A DNA stretch of 26,613 nucleotides, taken from positions 1-26,613 of the forward strand of contig JBLHHD010000001.1 of NCBI GenBank assembly GCA_047614605.1. Reading direction: 5' to 3'. This DNA is from Alteromonadaceae bacterium (GTDB taxonomy: Bacteria > Pseudomonadota > Gammaproteobacteria > Enterobacterales > Alteromonadaceae). Positions 9,077-17,700 of the stretch are shown one piece after another. The translations under genes and the position numbers were made by a program. The notes beneath the pieces were generated by a model. It was given only the letters and a program-made list of their open reading frames with translations, was not told where the DNA came from and did not search any database. Position 1 is the first letter of the stretch. Each line of letters opens with the position of its first letter.

Positions 9077-10834
9077 ATGAAAAAACCTTATAAAATCCTT
9101 TCAACTATTGCTTTTACATCCGCTTTGGCACTTTCTTTGTCTGCCTGTACCATTACTTCAACTACGGTTGATGTTGCGGGAAAAAGCGGTTATCAGCCCG
9201 ATTACCTGACTCGTCCGATTCAGGATGATGTGTTTTACTTTGTCTTGCCTGATCGCTTTAATAACGGTGACAGCAGCAACGATTTAGGCTCAACCACCGA
9301 TGCTTTATCGCGTGGCGGGCTGGATAACACCGATAAAGGCATGTATCACGGGGGAGATATTCGCGGGCTGGAGCAAAAACTCGACTATATCAAGGATATG
9401 GGCGTGACGGCGATATGGTTAACGCCGATTTTGCGTAATCAGGCGGTACAGGGTGATGTGTCTGGTTATCATGGTTATTGGGTATTAGATTTCACCGAAA
9501 TTGACCCGCATCTGGGCAGTAATGCCGACCTAAAAAGCCTGATTGATAAAGCCCATAGTAAGGGATTAAAGGTGTTTTTTGACATTATCACCAATCATAC
9601 CGCTGATGTGATCAAATACACCGAATGTCATGGTCAGGACGGGGCAGGCTGGTCTACTGAGCAAAATCCGTGTTTATACAAATCGCTGGCACAAATGGCA
9701 GCGGGCGATAAATATACTACCGTGGTGCCAGAGGGTTCACAAAATGTCAAATCACCGGCCTGGTTAAATGATCCCAAGTATTATCACAATCAGGGAGATA
9801 CCACCTTTGAAGGTGAAAACTCGGTGTATGGCGACTTTTTTGGCCTTGATGACGTAAACACTGACGATCCCGAAGTGGTTAAAGGCATGACGGATATTTT
9901 CAATAACCTGGTCACTGAGTTTAAGCCGGATGGATTTAGGGTTGATACGGTAAAACACGTTAACATGGCATTTTGGCAGCAGTTTTCACCAGCGGTAGTA
10001 GCCCACGCTAAAGCGCAAGGTATCCCTAACTTCTTTATGTTCGGCGAAGTTTACGATGGTAATGCCGATGTTCTTAGCAGCTTCACTACCACTGGCAAAT
10101 TACAATCGGTGTTGGATTTTGGTTTTCAGGGGGCAATCTATCAAACATTGGTGGCAAAAGAGGGCACCAAACAGCTAAAAGCCTTATTTGACCGAGATAG
10201 TAAATATAACGACGAGGACAGTAACGCCAATGAGTTACTTAACTTTGTGGGTAATCACGATATGGGGCGATTTGGCTTTCATTTGAACGAAAAACACCCG
10301 CAAATGAGTAATATAGAAAAAACCCAACGCAGCAAACTCGCTCATGCCTTGATGTTTTTTGCCCGAGGAATACCGGTGATTTTTTATGGTGATGAGCAAG
10401 GATTTGTCGGTGATGGTGGCAATCACGATTCTCGTCAGGACATGATGCCCTCAAAAGTCGCCAGCTTTAATGATGATGACCTGTTAGGCACCAGTAAAAC
10501 CACTGCCGATGATAACTTTGATAAAAACCACCCGTTATATCAGGCATTTAAGCAATACGCAGCTATCTACCGTGATCATCATGGATTACGTTACGGTGAG
10601 CATCAAACCTTGTATGCTGGTGAGCAAGCCGGTATCTATACTTTTACCCGAACGGACGCGAACAGCGGTGAAAAGTACGTGATTGTGTTTAATACGGCGG
10701 ATAACAACCAGTCTGTCAGTTTGCCGAGCAAAACTGGCCGCTACCAGCAGATTTTTAGCGAAGGCAAAGCGACACTGGATGATAAACAACAAAAACTCAC
10801 CTTACCTGGGTTGAGTTTTGCGATTTATCAGTAA
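9077..10834 (+). CDS. GH13 alpha-amylase / cyclomaltodextrinase-like lipoprotein, 585 aa
   Basis: Lipoprotein signal MKKPYKIL...LSLSA-C24 from ATG 9077. GH13 motifs YFVLPDRF, YHGYW, GFRVDTVKH, FGEVYD, GNHDMGR and YGDEQG. Confidence 0.9.
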   Translation: MKKPYKILSTIAFTSALALSLSACTITSTTVDVAGKSGYQPDYLTRPIQDDVFYFVLPDRFNNGDSSNDLGSTTDALSRGGLDNTDKGMYHGGDIRGLEQKLDYIKDMGVTAIWLTPILRNQAVQGDVSGYHGYWVLDFTEIDPHLGSNADLKSLIDKAHSKGLKVFFDIITNHTADVIKYTECHGQDGAGWSTEQNPCLYKSLAQMAAGDKYTTVVPEGSQNVKSPAWLNDPKYYHNQGDTTFEGENSVYGDFFGLDDVNTDDPEVVKGMTDIFNNLVTEFKPDGFRVDTVKHVNMAFWQQFSPAVVAHAKAQGIPNFFMFGEVYDGNADVLSSFTTTGKLQSVLDFGFQGAIYQTLVAKEGTKQLKALFDRDSKYNDEDSNANELLNFVGNHDMGRFGFHLNEKHPQMSNIEKTQRSKLAHALMFFARGIPVIFYGDEQGFVGDGGNHDSRQDMMPSKVASFNDDDLLGTSKTTADDNFDKNHPLYQAFKQYAAIYRDHHGLRYGEHQTLYAGEQAGIYTFTRTDANSGEKYVIVFNTADNNQSVSLPSKTGRYQQIFSEGKATLDDKQQKLTLPGLSFAIYQ

Positions 10835-10850
10835 TATAGATTGACCTATT

Positions 10851-10999
10851 TTTTGTAGGAGCGGAAGCTTTGAGCCTCTGTGCCGTGAATTGTTCCATCT
10901 GCCGTGAATTATGCACAAGGTGCATCACCGCTTAAAATGGCATCATCCCATGAAATGGCTGCGCCATTTATCGCGGCACCCAGGCCGACTCCTACAAAA
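10851..10999. repeat. REPIN-like element (inverted GTAG-type REP pair) between convergent genes
   Basis: The ends TTTTGTAGGAG (10851-10861) and CTCCTACAAAA (10989-10999) are exact inverted repeats. Internal direct repeat TGCCGTGAATT at 10881 and 10900. A GTAG start is the hallmark of RAYT-associated REPs. Confidence 0.7.
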
Positions 11000-11001
11000 G
11001 C

Positions 11002-11364
11002 TTATTCCAATAAAAATCCCATCAGCGAAACATCCTCAGCATCGACCCACATAGTGCAGCTGTTGGTGCCAGTGATATAGACTTTTTTACCCCTCATTTG
11101 GGCGGCTAGCAAAAAGCTGTACTGTTGCTGACCCAGCTCGGTGCTCATATTTAATGCCCAGCGTTTTGAACCGCTTGGCAGACCGCTATAGCTGGCACAG
11201 CCAGGTGGCGAGATATGATTTTCAGTGTAAAAAAACATTAGGCTTTTGTCGGCTGCGGCAGCAAACCCGATGGTTTCGATTTGCACCAGACCATTGCCGG
11301 TACCCGCGAGGGCTGTTAAGGGGGTGAGTAACGATAAAATGGTGAGTAAAATTTTATTTTTCAT
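11002..11364 (-). CDS. Small secreted protein, 120 aa, resembling an AB5-toxin B subunit (StxB-like OB-fold; inference)
   Basis: Signal peptide MKNKILLTILSLLTPLTALA, two Cys in the mature part, and the segment QYSFLLAAQMRGKKVYITGTNSC. Confidence 0.75.
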   Translation of the reverse strand: MKNKILLTILSLLTPLTALAGTGNGLVQIETIGFAAAADKSLMFFYTENHISPPGCASYSGLPSGSKRWALNMSTELGQQQYSFLLAAQMRGKKVYITGTNSCTMWVDAEDVSLMGFLLE

Positions 11365-11429
11365 TGATGTAATCCATTAATATTGCTGATCTGCGGTTGT
11401 TGTTTGTTGCCGCTGATTGAAGAGGAGCT

Positions 11430-11438
11430 ATTCTAGCA
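11430..11438 (-). promoter_or_regulatory. Candidate extended -10 promoter (TGnTAGAAT) for the 120-aa gene
   Basis: The minus strand reads TGCTAGAAT about 65 nt upstream of the ATG; no good -35. Confidence 0.35.
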
Positions 11439-11768
11439 CTGATGGCGAAAGCTTTTCTCCCAAAGTTTACACAGAGCTGCAATCGCCAATAAACTTCGCG
11501 GCTTATTAACAAGCGCTAGACAAAAGCAGAATCAGCTAATAGAATGGCCGGGTAATTTGGGTATCAAAATGCCCATTTTCGGTCTAAAATTGATTGGTTT
11601 AAAGGGATTGAGTTTTTTGGGAAGAGGTTACTAATACACTTCACTCGTTATACACATCTTAAGCTTTATCAACTAGTACCATTTATAAGTCACTGTCAAT
11701 AGTGGCTATTGGTGTTTTGCCGATCATTGTTATTTGTTTATTCAACAGGTTTAAGGAAAGTGGTAAAT

Positions 11769-14700
11769 ATGAAAAAAAGATTAAGCTTAAAAGGCTTATG
11801 GGGCGGTTTTATACTGGCCTTGAGCGCTTTGCTCGCTACCCCGCTACAGGCGGAACAATGGATCCCCATCACCGTGGGCAAAGGTCTAATTTTCATCCCC
11901 CAAATTAATTTTCAGGCGAACAATGTTTCCCCCGGCCAATATACCTTATCCTGGAATGGGCAAAGTAATGCCAGCAGTTATAAAATCGAACGGCTGACAG
12001 CAGATGTCAATACCCCGGTTAATGCAGAGGAAGTTCAGACGCTGTGGCAACTGGTGGCTGAGGTCACCACAACTTCTTTAAGTCAGACTCATGATTTGAG
12101 CACCAATGATCTGGATGGGCATCAAAATTATCGCTTGTCCAAATGTCAGGCATCGGTATGTACTGAGCTAGATTCCCTTTATTATTACGTTGCTCAAGAT
12201 CAGCTGCAAAATGCTATCCCGCAAGACTTTACTTTAACCACGGCAACGACAACTACCAAAACAGCGCTGAACCGTCATGCTGATAGCAATGGTAACGGCA
12301 GCGATAATAGCAATAATCCTTATGCTTACGGTAAAGGTTACAGTTTTATCACTGGCCACGAAAACCCGGCAGGCCATTTGCCACCAGGACAAAACAAACC
12401 GAAGTTGTCGCAAACCAAAATCGTGTCAACCAATGCCGCTTCTGGTCCTTTGCTGGATAACGAAGTCTTGTTAACCTGGAAAGCGGTTAATCGCGCTCAT
12501 CACTATGTGGTTTCCAGAGTACCAGACAGGGGTGAGTCACCAACTTACGAGCGTCTGTATGGCGAAGGCCACAACTTATTTGCCAGTGATACCAGCTTCA
12601 GAATTCAGTTACAGGCAGGCACTTATGATTTTGTCGTTTATGCTTGTAGCCAGTTTGGTTATTGTAGTCGTCCGAGTATTGTTCGCAGCCGTACGGTGGA
12701 GATCATCCCGGATACCACCATTCAACCAAAAAATTTCACCGTTCCAGAGTTCGCCAGTCAAGGGGTTAGCTTTAAGCTTACCTGGCAAGCACCACAAGTG
12801 ACCGCCAATTTGCTTAAATATGAAGTGCTGGGTGAATTATCTGGTCTTATCGGCACTGTTTTGGTCGGCCAGCCACTGGAGCTTGAGCGTAATGTCGCTT
12901 CAGCACTGGCTGCGGGTCGTCAGTATTGTTATAAAGTTCGTGCTGTTTATAGTACTTATGCGGGTCAGTATGTTATTCCTGAATATCCCAAACCTCATTG
13001 TGTAAAGGTCGGTGGTGAGCCGGTTTTACCAGCCCCTGAGTTTCTTTCGTTAGTCGCGCAGATACCGCCTTCAGAACCTGATCCAGATTATCCAGAATCC
13101 AGAGTGCCTACGCTTTGGACCTCATTTTCTTTAACCTGGGCTGCGGTGTCGGGGGCTGATTATTATATGCTTGAACGTGAACTGGTGCCGGGCACTGGTG
13201 ACTGGTCAGCGGTTTATGTGGGTGAAGGGACTAATAAACGTCAATTCTTCAGTGAAGATCGTTTTGAAATGTATCGGGTTAGCGCCTGTAGAGCAGACCA
13301 TCAATGTGGTAATTATCGTCGTCTACATTTTGATTCCACAGCGGGGATCAGCGAGTATACCCTGCAAGAGTATAAAAAACCGGCTTGTTTGGTTGTTCCC
13401 TCAACCGTTGATGCGCAGGAAGATATTGTTGTTTCCTGGTGTGCACCACAACAAACCGGGGTAACCAGTTATCAGTTATTAGATGCTAGTGGGACAGTTA
13501 AAGCGACGGGTTCGCCGACTACATTCTCACGAAGCATCCAAAACCTGGTTCAGTCATCTCAACCGGGTCTGGATTATGGCGCACCTTATTGCTACAGCGT
13601 AAAAGCTTATTTTAGCGGTGATGCAACAGGCTACGAACATACCCAGCAGTGTGGTCAGGTTAAGCAACGAGCGGCGACACCGACGATTAACCCTAATGGT
13701 GGCACAATTCTCAGTAATGAGACTATCAGTTTAGCTTCACCGGATAGTGATGCGTCGTTTTTCTATGGCGTGATTTCTCCTGGCGTAAGCTGCGATACAC
13801 TGACTACCACCCAATGGAAAAACTACAATAGCACAACGGGTATTTCGTTAAACAATGCCAGTAAAGTCTGTGCTAAAGCCAGCAAAGTTAATTATGCCCA
13901 GAGCCTTGTTGCCAGTGCCGAGTTTACTATCGCTCCAGCACCTGTGACCAGCATTGCTGATGCAACAGTTACCACGTTAACACGCCCTGGGGCTACAGAT
14001 ATTGTCGGACAACTGACGGGCAGCGGTGCAATCAGTGGCGGCAGTGTTAATTACGATATTCCTATTCAAGTGCCTCCCGGACGTCAGGGTATGGAGCCGT
14101 TATTGTCATTTAGCTATAACAGCGGTGCTGGTAATGGTCAGCTGGGTAAAGGTTGGTCACTGGCCGGTCAAGAGGCTGTTTCACGTTGTAGTGCCAACTG
14201 GACACAAGATGGTACCGTCGACAAGGTTAATTTATCCAATGATGATTTATTATGCCTTAACGGTCAAAAGCTCGTGGTTGTATTAGGTAGTTATGGGGCG
14301 CTTTCATCTGAATACCGGACCCTGCAAGACAGTTTTAGCAAAATCGTATTAAAAGGTGCTGCGTATTCATCTACATCTTCGTATTTTGAAGTGACCAGTA
14401 AAAGTGGTCAGGTCAGCTATTACGGTAATACTACCAACAGCGTGTTTAAAGCCAAAGGTTCTACGGTGCCGATGAGCTGGTCCATTAACAAGGTTTATGA
14501 TAATGGCGTAACGCAAAACAACATCACCTATAAGTACAGCAATGCCAACGGTGAGCAGCTGTTGACGGATATTTATTATACCGGCCAGGTAGATGTCGAT
14601 GGCGATCGCCGGGTGCAGTTTACTTATGAAGACAGAGCAGATATTAGCTTTGGTTATATTGCATTAGGTTCAACCAAATCAACCCAGCGTTTGGCTGATG

Positions 14701-17700
14701 TGACTACTTATGTTGGTACTGAAAAAGTCTTTAACTATGACCTGTTATATCACGCCGTTAGTGGTGCGCTCAGCGATCATTCTCGGCTTGCCTCGGTACG
14801 CCAGTGTGGTTATGAAGTTGATGTAGCAAAGTGTCTACCGAAAAAGGAATTTACTTACAGTGGTGACTATCTGAGGTTTGATACGGTCGCTTCGGCCAAT
14901 GCCACCTTTAATACCGTCTATCACGGTGCCAACCCGTGGAATATTGCTACCCAGTTAACCGGTGATTTTAACAATGACGGGGTGCTCGATTACGTTCGTT
15001 ACGATCAAGTTCATTTTATGAGCTTTGATAATAATCAATATGCGATTGAATCTGTTTTGCCTATTCCTTTTGGCGTAGTAGCAGGGGGTGATCCTTATGA
15101 AGCCTTAAAGCTGGGGCAACTCGACTTTAACGGTGATGGCTTACTTGACTTGATAGGTGTTGACGCGAATGGGTTATCAATTGCCAAATTAGTCAAAACA
15201 GGTAACTCTTATTCTTTTGATTCACAAGCTTTGGGCATTCCGATGGTGTGCTCTGTTGAAATGCAATTAATTGATACCTATTTGGGACAGGTGGTCAGTG
15301 GACTGGATTATAAGCACCGGGGCGCTTGTAAAGCCGAAGTAATTCCTGATGGCAGTGGTGGTCACTATGTGTTCCATCGTTCGTCATTTTCACCCTTGTA
15401 TTTGTCACGTATACACCCGGATTGTAGCAATGGCATCTGTAGTACGCCGACACTGATCCCAGGTGTAGATGATGGCCCGTCACTGATAACTACTTATCAT
15501 GAAAAGCCAACCAGTCATCAGTTCTTTGATTTTGACGGTGATGGTGATCCAGATATCGTTAAACTTGAAGAAGTCAGTCAGGATGCCAATGCGGCTGTAC
15601 GACTGGTGTGGTTTAGAAATGATGAAAGTGGTCATGGCTCGGCGGCAACTAATACCTTTACCAAAGTCACCCAGTCAATTTCGACCCTGACTAAAACCTA
15701 TGCGATGGCCAGCGGTGGTAATCACTGGATGGACGCCAATGGCGATGGCTTGCGAGACCTGCTGGTCAACAGTGGTAACTGGTATATTTTGATCAATAAA
15801 GGTGGCACGTTAGCCGCACCGGTAAACACTCAAATTGGTGCTTTTAAACGCTCTAATGTTTGTGCGATGAACTGTAATCACAGTGGTCCTGCACACACCA
15901 CTCATGCTTCTGTCCGGGCCGTTGATTATAACGGTGATGGCCTTGAAGATTTCATGTTTTTGGATCGTGACGTTAGAGTCAGAGATTGTTATGAAGACAG
16001 AACCCGCTCCCGCTGTAAAGAAGGTAATGGTAGTGAATCACCGGCAGTGGCTGATTTTGTGATCTCGCCTTTGGCCTGGGGCAAGTTTTCTGTTTATCTT
16101 GCTGATGTCGATAGTGCCGGTAATGTTACGTTTACTTATCAAAGTACAGCACTTGAAGGTTCAATGGATAACTTCCATTCGGTCGATATCAATAGTGACG
16201 GTCATATGGACTTTATGGGCACCATTCGTGAATATGACGGATCAATTGCCGATAACTTGCAGACGCTGCCTACTGAAACCTTCTTTTATTTGGGCAAAAG
16301 TGACAGTACTGGGATTGCGCCTGACTTGTTGACTAAGGTGAATGACGAAAGCAACTATCAGGTCACGGGTTTTGGTCAACAAGATAGCTTTAAATACTTG
16401 TCATTTGGCCAACATAAAACGGCTGTAAGCGGTTCAGCAACCGTAGATAACAGTGATTTAAGTGGCAAGTATTATTACCGTATACCGTCTACTCAAACTG
16501 TTGCTGTGCAACATGACAGTAAAAATGCCAATAATGGCACTAATACGATCCGCTATCAGTATGGTGATCCCATTTATCATCAGGCTGGTCTGGGTTTCAT
16601 TGGCTTTGAAACCATCAAAGAAATTGATGTGGCTCAGGGCACTACCAGCGAAGTTCATTATCTGCTGGACTATCCATTAAACGGTAAAATTAGCCGCGAA
16701 GAAATACGCGAAACTGCTGATGACAGCCTGTTGCAAAGTCAAACGTTTAATTGGTGTGATGCGAGCACTTCACAGTGCGACGGTGTTAATGCAGGGACCT
16801 ACTTTGGCTATCTCAATGATAGCCTGGTTAGCAGTTTTGATCCCGCCGGTAATGCACTGAAAACCGAACAGGTCACTTATAACAGTTACGATGATTACGG
16901 CAATGTGACTCAACAAACCTCAGTGGTCAGTGATATTAGTACCACTCATACCACAGTGGCTGACAATATTTATATAGCTGGGGATGAAAGTAGCTGGTGG
17001 GTTGATAAAATTGATTATAGCGAAATTACCAAGTCGGTTAGCTACACCACTAATCATGGTATTGTTGCCGGCACCAATGGCAATAAAACCCAGCGTCGAA
17101 CACTGACGTACAAGGCGGGTAATCAACGCCAGGTTGCGACAGAGACCATTAGCGGTAGTGATACTTTAATCAAATCGGTCACCACTTATAACACCTATGA
17201 CAGCTACGGTAATGTAACCAAGGTAACCCATGCTGGTGTTGCTGATAGTGGGGTGAGTTATACCGGGGTTCAGGTAGCCGGGATCACCGAATACGATTAT
17301 GCCACCAGTAGTGGTTATTTTGCTGACTCAGAAAAAAACGGGCTGTGGACAGCTAATGCGGTGACGCGCACCTGGGATAAGCGCTTTGGTGGGGTACTTA
17401 CTGAAACTAATCTTAATGGTCTGTCATTAACCAATAAATATGACTGGTTTGGCCGATTAATCCAGGTTGACAGTAATACTTCACCGGTACAAGATATTAT
17501 CTTTAACTGGGGTGGTGATGGTGTCTTTACCACAACTACTGTGCAGGATGGGGCAGCGACAACGGTTGAAGCCTTTAACCGTAATGGTCAGCTAGTTAAT
17601 CGCAGCGTTCAGGCTTTTGCCAAAAACCCGACGGCTGAGCAAACGTCAATCGAGACATTTACTTATGATGCGCTGGATAGGTTGATTCAACAAATTGCTC

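Noticed and set aside
11702-11908. 68-aa ORF, and the upstream rhs start at 11709
   Set aside because: The AAGGA RBS and signal-peptide geometry point to ATG 11769; the short ORF is an alternative-frame overlap.
11769-14000. T6SS effector assignment for the RHS protein
   Set aside because: No PAAR, prePAAR or DUF6531-like N-terminus was recognised and no vgrG/eagR gene is nearby; a Sec-type signal peptide is present instead.
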